A stretch of 64,000 nt of DNA from Camelus dromedarius (taxonomy: Eukaryota), in NCBI RefSeq assembly GCF_036321535.1, contig NC_087436.1, positions 26,228,001 through 26,292,000 on the forward strand. The letters are read 5' to 3'. Below the pieces are notes generated by a model. The model saw only the letters and a list, made by a program, of their open reading frames with translations, was not told the origin of the DNA and searched no databases. The translations under genes were made by a program, and so were the position numbers. Shown here piece by piece: positions 37,640 through 51,829 of this stretch. Positions within the stretch are counted from its first letter, which is position 1; the number at the start of each line of letters is the position of its first letter.

Positions 37640-38420
37640 ATAATAGTAACACACGGGACATGACTTTCTGCATCTCCACTGTAGTCATCACGCAGGGTGG
37701 AGATAAATATTTCTGGCAGAAAGAAAGAGCACATTTAAAGATTTAGATGAGAAAAATATGGGACCATAGGGACTAAATTAAATAAATTCAGTGATAGCTA
37801 CTGTATTATAGAGGGTAAAGAATACTAGTTTAAGAGGCAGGTTTAGAGAGAGAAGGGACCAGACCATGATGGCACTTGTAAACCATGTTTATGAGTGTAG
37901 ACTTTCTCCTAAAAGGAAATAGAAGCCATTGAGTTGAAAAGAGAGAAGTGCCATGTTCAGATAAATGTCTTCCATGTTAGGCAACTGGTTAGACATCAAT
38001 ACTATTTACTTAAAAAGGGATCACTGGAGAGGAGGCAGGTTTGGGAGATGATGAGTTTAGGTGTTCAAATGTTGAGTATGATGTGTCTGGAAAACACTCA
38101 AGCATACACTTGCAATTGGCACTTGAACATTTATCTCTAGCAATCAAGAGAGTGGAGTGATTTGAGACAACAGCTTTGTAGCTTAATAGAAATAAAAGGA
38201 GGGATCAAAAGAAACAAATGTTGCCAAAAGATCAGTTAAATGCAAATGAAAAAGGAAAAATATCTATCTTCAGTGAATTTAAGGTGAACAAGTTAAATGG
38301 TTTGGGTCCTAGATTCAGGGGAATTATGGGAGCAGAAAACTAATAGTAATCACTTAAGGAGGAAAAGGAGACAATTAATTTAACAGGTTATATCAGGAAA
38401 TTTTGCTCTGTCATAGAAGA
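37640..38420 (-). mobile_element. L2 LINE fragments
   Basis: Purine-rich L2 texture (gaccagaccatg...cttgtaaaccatg...tagactttctcctaaa...gaagccattga; ggcaggtttgggagatgatgagtttag). Confidence 0.65.
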
Positions 38421-39510
38421 GAGAAAGAAGTAGCTGTGCAATGATTGGATTAATGAAGGGCCTCTTTAAGGGAAAAATTTTTAATATTTGAGTAATGATG
38501 GAACAAAAACCAGGAGCAAAGAGATCTGTTTTTCTTTCTCTTATTTGTCTAAATGGGACAATCTTGAGGATATCTGTAAAGACTGTAGGGTTTATGTATA
38601 TATGTATTAGAAAAAGTTGAGCTTTTTTCTGATCCTAGTTTGGCCTGGGCAAACTAGAAACCCTGAGCAGATGCAAAAGATATTTTCTTGAAGCAGGAGC
38701 CTAATCTCAGGATAGACTTGGGGAGAAGTAAAGGAGAACTAACTGTACCTTGAGATTCTTAATTATAGGACAATGTGACCTCTGGCAAGTATTTGCCTCT
38801 GACTTTCTGAAATACTCCTTCATATATTGTTTATATTGTCCCTGATCTTTCAGTCTCTGCTAAAGCAGTGTAGTAAAGTCATTCCTATTAATCAGTCCTG
38901 TCAGTTCTGCCTTTTTCCTCAGGAAGTAAAGCCTGTGGATCTCAGAAATGATTCTTTTGCCAAGGCTGAGGGCAGCAACAGGGGAAATGAAAGGAAGACG
39001 ATTAGGAAAGGGCAGTCTTACTGTTATTCCAAGTCAGAAACTGGAATTTGTAACTCTCCTGAACTGACTACCCTCTACACCCCCCACCAAAAAAAAAAAA
39101 AAAAAAAAACAAACCTTAAAAAGGAAAATATTAAAAATTTAAGTTTGAAGCAAATTAATATAAAGATTAAATGTCTTTTTTTCAAGAATGATCAAAAAGT
39201 CTCAGTTCATTCTTTTCCCAAGAAAATTTATTGGGTTTCTAATTTATTTAAATAAGAAATGTTGGCATAAATATGTGTAACTTGTTTTGTTCAAATCATC
39301 AAGATTTCTATAACAACACCAAAAAGCCTTAGTCTATAATATATTTAAAATGCTTTGGAAATGTAAATTAAGATGACAACTTGGAGCAGTACTGTTGATA
39401 CAACTGGTTTTAATTATAAAACTATGCAAGGCCATATAAAATTTAAGAACTTTATGAAAGATATTAAAAATTTGGTAAGGGATGGAACTTTGAGTGAGTT
39501 TATATCTTAA

Positions 39511-39724
39511 TAGGGCTTAACAAACTTTTTATTATAAAGAAGCAGCTAGTAAATAATTTAGGCTTTGCAAATCATTGGTCTCTATTGTAACTACTCAGTT
39601 CTGTCATGGTAGTTTAAAAGCAGACATACGTAAAAGAATGGGGTGGATGTGTTCCAATAAAACTTTATTTACAAAACAGGCTGAAGGCTAGATTTGACCC
39701 AAGGGCCATAGATTCCTATCCTAG
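39511..39724 (+). mobile_element. hAT-Charlie MITE (MER58A-like)
   Basis: caaacttttt...gtaaataatttaggctttgc...aactactcagttctg...gtgttccaataaaactttatttacaaaacagg. Confidence 0.85.
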
Positions 39725-42700
39725 ATGCTAAAAATATATAGATGATGAATAATAGTCTACTTGAATAAAATTTATATAAAGCAATATATTTTGTGTGTGT
39801 GTATGTCAGCATCACTTTTCTTTCTGGGAACACCAGCCATCATAAAATCATTGTGAAACAGTAAAGGAGATTTAATAAGTACATTTTCCTTTTTTTCTAT
39901 CCAGGCAAATTTTGCTACTTTCTTTAGGTGTTTCTTCTTGTATATGTAAGGATTAGGGTTCACACTTTATTGGAGGAAAGCAAGGCAAAATAACTAGGTA
40001 TTGTTTTGTTTTTAGTTTGGATTTTATTCTTTTTTTGGTTTCCAATTGCAGTTAAACAAGTTGCAGTCAGATTGGAAGATAGCTGAGAGTTTTCTCTTGT
40101 TTACAGACTTTTAGAAATCTGGTTATTAAGTCAATCATTCCAGAAAAAATAATTAATTCTTACTGTATGCTAAAAACCATAGTAAAAAAAATAAAATAAA
40201 ATAAAAACCATAGTAGGTACTGAGGATTCATATCAAGTAAGACATGCCTCATTATCAAATGCATGTAGACAAACAATGTCTTCTAATATAATATGAGAAG
40301 AGCTACAATAAAATGATGTACTGGATGTTATAAGAACCCTAGAGAACGAGTCTGTTCAAACTAACAAGGAGACTGTAGGATATTAATGTTCAGGTAACTA
40401 CTTAGAAGGCACAATGTCTTAATTATCAGAATAAAGTGTTCCACTAAAACAGTATGCTAATGTCTTATTGCTCCAAATGTCATTATCCATAGTATCAGGA
40501 AGTACAGTATTTTCTCCATGAATTTTTCAAAGACCTTGGCAAAAAGTTATAGTCTAAAATGTCCAATTTCCAATTCTAAGCTACAGAATTATGTAAGTAG
40601 GATCAGCTCACTATATCTATTCCTTCCACCTTTGGGTATGTTGCTTCACAGTTCAACTATGTGGAAATACGTGATGCTGGTCCTTTATTTTTTGAATTAT
40701 TTTATGAATCTCTTGTCTGTGTGGCTGCACATCCCACTGTGTTCTTCCAGAGAAGATGATCTCACTCTCTTGTTGCTTTGGTGAGAAAAGTATGCCAAGT
40801 ATTTGAATTCCCAAAGATTATGGCTCTCAATACTTGGATACTTCAGTTTGAAAATGCAGAGAGCTTTCAGAGGGGTAGGTTCAAGAGAGATTCTGGTGTT
40901 TATCGCCTCATAGGCTAAGAACTGCTCAACTTTTTCTACTCCCCAAGTATTTACTTCTAAATATTTGGCAGCTTTTTCTTTTAGAGTTTCATAAAACAAA
41001 TGTCTGATTATATTGCCTTTTCCTGAATTTAAGAATGCAAACCTAAATTTGTAATTCTTAAGTAAGCCACCTATTATTTTTTCATAGTGTTCTCTTTTAT
41101 TTCTCTTTAAAAAAAAAGATACCCTCAGTGAAGTGGCATCTTCTTTGCTGAAGACAAGGTGAACAAAACATAAATAAATAAACCCACACATGACAAGTAA
41201 TGTTAAGTATACCATTCAGCTATACAAATATTTAGTATTCACTAGACAAAAAATGCCATAAATATATGATCTGTGTCTTACTAGAATTCTGGCACTCTGG
41301 CACTCTAGAATGCTGGCATTCTGGTACTTTAGAATACTGCAAAGACCACCTTCCCCCAAATCTGAAAAGCCTAGCTACTTTTTACTGTTGCCTAACACTG
41401 AACAAATTTTAATAGTTAAGACATGTTCTTCATGTGCAGAGAGTTTCCTGCCTTCCCCTACCCCCAATCTTACTCCCCAGCCCAACAGAGTCCAAGCAGG
41501 GGTCTAATGTTAGAGATACATGATGCAAGTAATGTTACATTTTACCTTTTCTTTGACCATTACTTTTCAAAGGGAAACATGCAGTAAGAAGGCTATAAAG
41601 AGAGGTATATCTCAGTTTAGAAGCCTAATGATCTTTGACATACGTCCATGAGATAAAATATGTGTATTGTACCTTAGGGAACCAAATAACAGGTGGTCAA
41701 TAAATGTGTCCTGGTCCTACCAGTTTTAGAGATGGGGATCAAAGGTACATAGTAGAAAGGGAAACAGAATTTTTTACTTTCCTTCCATATTATTGGAAAA
41801 CTGCAGCAAAGCTACCTGTAAGAGGTGGTACAAGCTATATGGCTACCTGTAATATTAGACCAGAACCTCAAAATTTGGATGATATAGCTCAGGGCAAGTC
41901 CCTTAACCAATCAAAAAGCTTCTCAAGCATTTGATTGTGAATTCATTCTCCCACGTTGACTCTGTACTCTTCTTCCCAGAATTAATTCTACTTTAATTTG
42001 AAATCCACAAGTAATACTGATGATTAGACTTTATTAACTGAAGTATGAATAAATTATCCAGGATACCGATAGAGAGCTGATAAATAGACACAATGATTAA
42101 TAGTGTAGTCTCATTCAGTAATTATGCAGGAACTGGATATATCCTCTGTCAACAAGATACCCTACATGAGAACATCTGGCTTTTCCTTTGTCCTCGAATA
42201 ACCAATTCAGCAGCCTTCAAGCAAGTATCTTTAAAGGAAGCTTAAATGAGTAAAGATTCTTATGATACTGCGATACTTCTTCCCCAAGAGACAAGAATAA
42301 CACATAGCAAGTTGAAACTGAAGAAAGTTGAATGAGTGAATGATTCAATCAGCAAAGAAATGCAATATGAATTCAGAGGCAAATCTAAAACATGTTATAA
42401 TATTTAATTAAATTTCAGTTTAATGTATTCATCATCCACCACATATTGAGTATCTACTATGAATTGGCACTATACAACGGGCTGTAGACATAGCAATAAA
42501 TAGTTCATCCTTGCTGTGAGAAGTTTGCAGCCAAGAAAGAGAGAAAACCCCAGAGGAGACTGCAGTATTTGCTGTAACAGTGTAAGTACAGGAAGTCACA
42601 AGAGTATAGGAAACAATACCTTCTCCCAGGAAGAATTTGCTATAGAATGGAAGACCTTAGCCCCTCACCAATTAGACAGGATGTGCCTCCCTCAATTACA

Positions 42701-44514
42701 GTGAGAGAGGAAATGTGGAAAGAGTGGCCAGAAAGGCTATTTTTGCAAAAGTCTCCTGAAAGAAATGGGAAACCAAGAAAATAGGTGTTCTTTTCTAATA
42801 CATGTGGCCTACGATGACAAAATTAGAGAAAATGTAGGACTTTTGTTGTCTGGTGATAGAACAGGGTAGCTTCTATTACTTTTTATGTTAAAAAAATGCC
42901 CCCAGGAACTATGTGGGAGCCTTCAAGATACTGTGAGGAAAGCTAGCCTGAAGACACAGCGACACTGGAAAAGAACTAGAGCCCAGTAAACACAACTGCC
43001 TGAGTACTGCCTTAACTCTAAACATTTCAATCCTATAAGTCAATGCATTCACTTTATTAAGACAATCAAGGTTGTTTTCCTTTTAAACCAGTGAATATGA
43101 CAGTACTTTTAACTGATATTCACAATGATATAAATAAATTGTCCTGAAATATGTTTTAAATGTCCTTAAAGATTTTTATGTCAAAATGTGTCATATGTAT
43201 CTGTATCAGATTATGTATTTGTATTATATACATTGCAAAACCTAGGGTATATGACTGCATGCTAGTATTCCAGGAAGCATACACAGTGATGTGCTAATTT
43301 GTTTCACTTCTAATAACATTGTATTCCCTTTTTGTCACATTGAAACATTGCTTGTATTGGTCACTGGCAGAGGCAGTCTGCCTAACTAGATGGGCCAGAA
43401 ATCTAATCTGGTGTGACAAATGAAAGAGACACATAATTGGCTGTGTAAATCTAGGGTGGAACTATTATCAATTTTAAGCAATTGATGTTATCAGAACAAC
43501 ATTATACACAGCACAGGTGATTACAATTACTGTGAGGAATCACTGACTGTTTCTGTAATTTTCTAGTGGGTTATAAAAATTGAACAAACTTTTGGTAACT
43601 GGTATTTTACTTGCATATGGTGATGATCTGAGTTTAGCTTCTTTGATGCAAAATGGCTCTCACCATAAAGCTGTTTTCATCTTATTGTGTTAAGTATCCA
43701 TCTTTAAGCATAACATGACTGTTTATTTTACTTGAAGTATATAAGCCTTTAGCTTTAGACCATGTCAGTCTCTTGCCCGCAGTATCTGCCAGATGGGGGC
43801 ACTTGTTTTGTTGACCTCAGCTTCTGTTGTCTCCACTCCCCTCATGATCTAGTGAAACTTTCAAAAACACAAATATTTCTATTTCTATTGCTCATGCACT
43901 TTTACAGTCACTCTAATTTTCCAGAAAACTGAACCTTTTGAGATTTGGGGGAAACTGAAATTATATAGCTGAGAGTTGAGAGAGAAACTCTAACTAGGCC
44001 ATATACAGAGTTACATACTAATCACTTCCTGGCTTGCATCTTAGGGAACTGATGAAATTTAGCCCAGACTTGGAAATGTCACTTTTCTCAAGAGATTGTG
44101 CTATACTACTGCTTATTTCTTGTCTTGCATTTCTCCACTATATCTCAAAGAATTGGCTCATTCTCCACTTAAGTTATTTTAGTAGGTTCTGTATGATTTG
44201 GCAGACAGAAAGACACAAATGAGACAGTTCTCCATGTGCCCACGTTCACCATGTGCTTACAATTAAACTGCACTCTTCAGCATAGATTGATTTGCAGAAA
44301 ACAACTTTCAACACAATATTCTGGATTCCTCTGAAGCTGCAACATTTAAAATATACAAGAGGTGTTAATTCTTTATTATGTCCCCAAATATAAAATAGTA
44401 TTACAGCAGGACATAATAAGTTTCCATGGCTATGTAGGATTCTTAATGTAGAAGTGATCAGATAATTTGAAACACTCTTAACAGAATAATTCTAATGATA
44501 AGAACAATGATAAG

Positions 44515-44715
44515 GCATATTAACACACATTCATTTTTTGCCAGGCACTGTGTTAAGTGCATCACATTAAATTTGAATCCTTTCAACAGACCCTGCACAC
44601 TTGAGATTATTATCCACTTTTTAAGGGTGAGGAGTTTGAGACTCATGTAAGTCGTTTACCAAAGGTCATGTACCTGGTAAAAGAAAAGGCCAGCACTCAA
44701 ACCCAGTTTTGTTTC
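44515..44715 (-). mobile_element. MIR SINE
   Basis: tgccaggcactgtgttaagtgc...attattatccacttttt...gaggag...ccaaaggtca...tggtaa...actcaaacccag. Confidence 0.75.
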
Positions 44716-47700
44716 ATGTACCTTTTAAATTATAGCACCAAGCTCAGCAGTCTGATAAAAAAATTTCCATCACAAAATATATAATGGTCAAGAAATAAAT
44801 ATATTATGGGAAATATATTTTCTTGATTTAAAAAGAAATGGTGGGGATGTAAGGATCCAAAGGAAGGTAATATAGCTCTTCTGTGTGTATATTATACTCC
44901 AACAGAGGTCTTAGTTCAGGGTTGTTAGGCAAACACATTTACCCACCAATTAGCCAAATTCTTTTTCTTCAAGTAATACATTAAAACCATACTATTTGTC
45001 ACATGTAAGATAGTTTAATTTTTTATTTTCTTATTTTTAAATGAAACAAAATGAGCTATTAAAAAGCAGTTTCTCTTGTGCAATGATTAAGACAATTATA
45101 ATAATATTGACTCTACATAATAAAAAAAAATTCCAAATGGCTCAAGATTATCTCTGAGGATTAATTTGAAAGTATTTAACTGGTAGATGTATCCTGGACA
45201 GGAATTTAGTTAGTGTGACTATCAAAGGGTTTCTAAAATAAAGTTAGTTCACCATTATTATATATTAGAGCTTAATCAACCTTAGAAGTTAAAGAAGATT
45301 TGTGACAGACAAAGGTTATTTTGACAAAGTCAGATTAAGGATGAAGTAGGTCTTGATACACAGAAAGACTATTCAGTCCCCAGTGAGTCTAGTGATAATT
45401 AACATCTGACTTAAAGAACCACTGGGAATGACTTGGAATGTTTTAATTGGTCCACCTTACCTGCCTGCAGGTAAGGTAATTTTCTGTTGAGAGGATGACT
45501 TAAGCCTCTTCTTGCTTTTGTTTAAATCTCAGCATGTCTCAGATTTCTAAAGCACCTTTATCATTTGAGGCCATAAGGAAAAAGTGAATTGTAATTTAGC
45601 TTTCATCTTACTTCATGGAGAACCATAGTGTTTCTATAATATTAAAGGGAGAGCTGATTAAGAAAGCAGGAATCAATCACAAAATAAAGGAAAATAAGTA
45701 GGAATGGATCTTTAGGTGTCTACTAATATACATGACCTGGTTCTTTCATGTAAAATGTATCAGATTAAAATATATTTTAACTTATAAGAGTGATAAAGAA
45801 CTGTTCACAAAACCACTAGGGGGAAAACTTGACATACACTGAATTAGTACAAAGCCATACATTTGCTAAAATCTATCAATATTTGCCACTCCTATAGTGA
45901 AATTAGACATAAAATTACTGACTGTTAACTGTATCTCATATATATTTTTATTGTTGCATACTTGGAATGAAACCCATGGGAGGATGGTTATGAAAATAAC
46001 AATATCCATTAAGAGTGCAGTTCTAATTGAAAGCATTATCAAATGCAGTAACACTTGCAGCTGGACCACTACAGAAATGGAAATAAATATGCAGATGGTC
46101 AAAACCAGTCTGCTGTCAGTGAACCATTAAGGCACATTATCCCAGCTGTCAAAAAATTGTCTATTTATATTGAGTATTCATCTTTGCTAAGTGGTAGACA
46201 GACAAATAAATCGTTTTATCTTTTAAGACTGCATTTTTATAAATTTACAAAGATAAACTGTTGCTCTCTGGAAAGATTTTGTATTGGTTTGGCCACTTTC
46301 TTCTTTTACTATAAGTCATACTATCCTAATTTCAGATTATATATATTATTATATTATCTATATTATGTCAATACATTATTAATTAAATATGTATATGTTC
46401 AGTAATAACTGGCTTATTTTAACATATGTGTACATGTACATTTTTATATAAATTCCTTTTACGTAAACACTAAATCATTATCATGAAGAAGATAGCTCTT
46501 AATTGGGTTTTGAGTTATGTAGTTGTAGATAACATGTTCAGAAAAGAAAATTTTAAAAAATCTCTTTGGATGCAGAGAAAAATGGGCAGAAACATATTTT
46601 CTTTCCTTTTTCTGTTACTTTCATTACACACACACACACACTTTAATAGAATAGGAATTTCAGTATTTTCATTATGCTGAGATAGAAATGCCAGAATGAG
46701 TAGAAAGTGGAGTCCTGCTGTCACTGAGAGTCCTTGAATCTCTAATTCTGAATGAGTTATCTGAAGGTTGCTGGTAAGCATAAGGGAAAATTCTTGTCAA
46801 TCTGGTACTTAATTGGATGTACTTCATTCTATTTGTAATCTCTGGAGAAAAGCCCTCTCAAACAGTAGGCCCATAACATTTATAATTGAGATACTGCACT
46901 TGCAGCTTTGCTTTCATTTAAACTGGATGGAACTATGCTTCTAAGATTCATATAAACACGTGGCAATACATGAAACATTCACAACAAAATCTGTGCAAGG
47001 TGAATATATATGAGATTGTGTTTTAGGAAAAGTTTTGTCCTAAATTCCTGTTATTCTTCAGTAATTGGTTCCATTTATATGTAGAAATCATTCTTTGTTG
47101 TATCACATTTATGAGTATGGTGAAGTGCAGTGACATTCCTTAAAATGTTACTTTGATACTAGTAAGAATCAAACTTGTGATATGAAATATGTGAGAACAT
47201 GTTCCGAAGTTGCCCACAGCCCAGATTCATCTTCAAATATTCAAATGGCTAGGAAACAGGAAAAAGAATAGCATTGGAAACCACACACACACACACAAAA
47301 AAACCTTGTATATACATGTCAAAAGTATAAAGACATGTCTGCCAGCAAAGTACAGGTAAAAAAAACAGAAAGGAAAAATGTGGCACATGACCTGCCACAA
47401 AGCACTTGTAATTTGAGAATGGAACTCATGATTTGAAGGAGTAAGGACTAGATTGCATCTGGGAAATCAGTAGCTTTTCCAGCAGTATTTCTCTGACACT
47501 CGTGAGGCCTTATTGAATAGAAATCCTGCCATGCTCGTAACTGTGGGCTGTGGCTTAAAGCTGGTATCTGACAAAAGAAAAGTATCAGTCACAGGCAAAG
47601 TGACTGTGCACTGACCCTGCTGCTATTCGGCTACTATATCCATGCCAGGTGATAACTAGTTGGCTCCAGCTAGAGTCCAGATGCTTCCACAGCAAAGGAA

Positions 47701-48685
47701 AATCACCCAACCTCTCCTGTCTTCTCTCAATATCTTGCCTATTATCATATCTCTCTAACAACCAAATAGACTGCAGGAAATCTAAGTGTTCTCCTTCATT
47801 TCAACTTGAAAGAAGACATGAGTGTTTCCAATAATCTCTGGCAGACCCTCCTCAATTCACAATATGGAAGTTAATTTCTCTTCCTGTTGAACATGGAACA
47901 AAGGAAAATATTATCTGACACGAAAAAAAATTTTGCAATTCAGACGAAAGAGTACAGTATGAAGAAACAAACATGTCTCCCTATGACAAAGAATTATAAT
48001 GACACAAGAAAACCTACAGAAAATGTGTAATTTTGTTAATTTGTATTTTTATTTATTAAATTTAATATTACTTCCAAAACAACTCACTCTTTGCCAGGTG
48101 CTCTTCGAAAGGCATTACAAATATTAACATTTTATTACTATAATAAATTATAATCCCCTTTTCACAGATTTTATTCTTAAGTCAGAAATCAAGAGCATGC
48201 TTTATACAGGAAATAGAGGCTACAGACACAAAGAGAGATGAATCTGAGTTCAGAAAAGGATTAGGGCTCCTGAGATAATATGTATTACACAGTAGGAACT
48301 CAGCAAATACTTGTTGACTTCAATTCTGTTGAATTTGGAAGATTTCTGATTTTAAAAATATAAATGTATCAGATTGAGTTATTCAAATATAAAAAATCAG
48401 CACTAAAATAATAAATAAGCACAAAAAGTTCCCATATAATTAAAAATAAATGATAGTGGCAAAAATTAAAATAATGAGAGAAATAAACATACGTGAAATA
48501 TTAACAATTTTAGTAGTAGCATAAACAGAAGCCAGGATGAAAAATTGCAGAAAAGTAATGCTACATCCATGCCAGGTGATAAATAAAAATAAGATTTTTT
48601 TTAAAAGTTGAAGAAAATTTCTTTTTGTACAAGCATTCACAATATAGTAGTGATGATGATGATGATGATAACTGACATTGAACTA

Positions 48686-48989
48686 CAGGCATAACTGAGA
48701 TATTTCAAGTTCAGTTCCAGACCACTGCAAATCCCAACAAAGTGAATCACTTGAATTTTTTTGATTTCCCAGTGCATTAAAAAGTTATGTTTACAGCATA
48801 TTGTAGTCTATTAAGTGTACAATAGCATTATGTCCTAAAATGTACATACCTTAATTAGAAAATAATTTATTGCTAAAAAATACTAGCCATCATCTGACAA
48901 CACAAGGTTGCCACAAATCTTTACTTTGCAAAGCACACAATATCTGTGAAGCACAATAAAGTAAAGAATAATAAAGCAAGATATGCCTA
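48686..48989 (-). mobile_element. Tigger1-derived non-autonomous Tc1/mariner element
   Basis: ta|caggcata... and ...atatgcct ends; colinear with the copy at 17448-17759, sharing the same internal junction (ccatcatctgacaac). Confidence 0.85.
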
Positions 48990-48999
48990 TAATAATTAT

Positions 49000-49175
49000 G
49001 ATTAACTTCCAAAGGGCTTTGTATCTATACACTCACTTAATATTCACAACTTATTAACCCTATTAAACCTTATTAAAGGAATACTGTTATCAGGACTTTG
49101 CAGAAGCAGAAATTGAAGTGCAGGATGAAAGTTAGAGCCTGGATTCAAACCCACAGAGCTTTTCCCTAAGTCCTT
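49000..49175 (-). mobile_element. MIR SINE fragment
   Basis: ctcacttaatattcacaac...gaaattgaag...agagcctggattcaaacccacag. Confidence 0.55.
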
Positions 49176-49669
49176 CACTCCAATCACCTCTATACCAAAC
49201 TCTATTGTTGAAGAGACCCACATCTTAGAAAAGTAACTGCACTTCAAGAATAACAACAACAACAACAACAAAAACTACACTTATTCATGCAGAAATACAT
49301 TTTAAAAAGCTACAAAAAAAGAAATAAAACAACAACTTGGTGCCTAATAAGGTAGACATGAGAATTACAAAAATAAGTGCCAAAGACAGTGAATCCATTT
49401 CCATAGAGTTTTGAGTAAAATAAATCTGATTCAAATTTTTATAGCTAGTCATAGACAATCTCAAAAAATTTACTTCTTGAAATAAAGAGTAATTCAAAGA
49501 CATACTTGCAGCCAACAGTAAGGTAAATCAAGTTATTCAGTAACATGGAATCTTGCCAAAAAAAGAAACAATAGTTAACTAAAAAATACAAAAACTATTA
49601 ATAGGTTCATAAATTGTGATATATATGTCAATATAATATTAGATGCAGATGTTACATTATTAATTTAAT

Positions 49670-50490
49670 TGTTTATTCAATAATACTGTCTGAAAGACAA
49701 CTAGGTGCTTGGTCTTAGACATTCAGCAATGAATAGAACAGATAGATCCTTCTCTTATGTAACTTACTTTTAGTAAAGAGGGTGTAGTTACAATGAAAAA
49801 AAAAAAATCAGGTTGTGATGAGTGCTATAAAGTAAAATAAAGCAGAGTAAGGAAATAGAATGAGGCCAGTAAGGAAAAGCATTTGTATTAAGGAGACTCT
49901 TGAATGGGTGAAACTGAGGGAGTGAGACTTGCAGCTATCTGGAGAATGATCATCCCAGGAGGAAGGGACAGCAAGTACAAAGGACCTGGGGTTGAATAGT
50001 GTCTGGCTGGTTTCAGGGAAAGGGTGAAGTGAATGAAGGAAGTGAGTTAGGTTCTAAGATCAAAGAAGGAACTAGATTTTTAAGCCAGGGGTTGGCAGAC
50101 CTGTCAGATTCTGCCCACAACCTTCTTTTGTAACAACTTTTTTGGGAACATAGACATACCTATTCATTTGTTCACATTGTCTATGGCTGTTTTCACCTTA
50201 CAGCAGCAGAGTTGATTAGTTTGCATGTTATGCTTATGCCTACAAACTGAAAAGATTTACTTATTGACCTTTACAGAAAAGTTTGCTAGAACCTGGTTTA
50301 TGCCATTGTTAAATTCTGGGCTTAATGAGTCAGTAGGGAATTAGTGAGTAGAGAAGCCATGGGAGGTTTTTGAGCAGAAAAGTGATACTATATGACTTAT
50401 AGAAGAAACATTATTGATGCCATTTAGCAAATGGACTTTATTGACGCAAGAGAAGGAGAAAGGGAGTACTTGGTGGATTGTTTTTCATAA
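49670..50490 (-). mobile_element. L2 LINE fragment interrupted by a MER58A-like MITE
   Basis: tttattcaataata...gcaatgaatagaacagata...gtgatgagtgctataaag...gaagggacagcaagtacaaagg...gagaagccatgggaggtttttgagcag. Confidence 0.75.
50086..50295 (-). mobile_element. hAT-Charlie MITE (MER58A-like)
   Basis: caggggttggcagac...attcatttg...attgtctatggctgtttt...gacctttacagaaaagtttgct...cctg, with degenerate 8-bp flanks ttttaagc/gtttatgc. Confidence 0.85.
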
Positions 50491-51554
50491 TCTGGGCAAA
50501 AGCTATTCAGAATTATGTTGTACACCTGAAATTTATATATTATTGTAAATCAACTATACCTCATTGTTTTCTAAAGAAAAGAATGAGAGAAGACTAACTG
50601 GGATGTGGTTCAAATAAACACAGCAATTGAGATCAATATACAATATTGGGGGGAAATCTAAATATGCTTGTTTATAATGTTTACTAGATTATTTTTCAGC
50701 TACTTTGTTGCTACAACTACCCTCATTGTTTGCCAAGCACGGTTCTAAATGTTGGAAATAGTGTGGTAAGGGAAACACACCAACTCCCTGCTCTCCTGAA
50801 GTCCTGATGTGGACAGTTGACACCTGAACAAGTTCCTGTTAAAGTGCTAGTGAGTTTCCTGAGCTCTTCAATATAAAATTACTAACTCAGTCCCTCGTGC
50901 TAGCAAATAATGTTGCTAATTCTACAGAGCATTTGTCATTCTTGATTAAGATTAATCTGTAATAACATTTGTATTTGCACATCCTAGGTATTTCAAAACC
51001 CCTGGTGTCAGATGAAAATAAGGAGAAAAATCTTGAGCATATTCTAAGTTACTTATGGAAATGGGTTAGCCTACTGCCTAGATTTGGAATCATATTAGGA
51101 ATTTAACATTTCACAACAGAATGTCAATTCAGCTGCCTGAGTGTCTGAAATGTAAAGCATATGGATCCTTTTATCAACAGCACAAAATATTGGCATTTCA
51201 GACACTCATTAAAAATGTCAATCATAAATTAACTATGATGCCAAAAACTTGCTGGAGACATCTGATATTTGAAAGTTAGGATCTAAAAGATATATGAAGC
51301 ATCCATTTCTCTAGTCAGGCAATCAAGAAACTGAAGTTCAAATGTTCACTGAGTTCCAAATTACATGATTTGCAGGAACAAGGAATTTGCTTCTTTCCCT
51401 TATGCCATTATTCTTTTGCTTTCAGAGAATAAAATTTGGTGGTTTAATGATTGTGTTCATTTATTCATAAATATTTATAGATTTATTGCCAACCATTGTG
51501 CAAGTATAAAGAACATAAGAAATAATAAACTTAACTTTATTTCATAACAAAAAG

Positions 51555-51790
51555 TATTGTAGCCAAAAGCCTTAGCTCTGTACTCAAACTAACCATGAGT
51601 TTAAATCCCTGCTTTTTTACTAATAAGCTCTATCCTTTTAGGTGAATTTTATTAACTTCCAAAACATCAATGTTCTTATTTGTGAATGGGGATTAATAAC
51701 ATATACCTGGTTCATAGAGCTCTCACAACAATTAAAAAATGATATTATAAGGACTTAGCACTGTACATAATGCTTAGTAAGTAGCTATTA
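51555..51790 (+). mobile_element. MIR SINE
   Basis: gagtttaaatccctgc...tactaataagct...ttcttatttgtgaatggggattaataac...acttagcactgtac...tagctattat. Confidence 0.75.
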
Positions 51791-51829
51791 TGATCATTAT
51801 CATTAATTCTGATTATCATTAAAATTACT

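Noticed and set aside
38827..39255. 142-aa plus-strand ORF
   Set aside because: Non-ATG start, spans a poly-A run, no recognisable homology.
40697..41215. 172-aa minus-strand ORF
   Set aside because: No recognisable domain, AT-biased composition, no supporting exon structure; compatible with chance.
43783..43803. CTCF-like motif ctgccagatgggggcac
   Set aside because: Two mismatches at core positions; not distinguishable from background without ChIP data.
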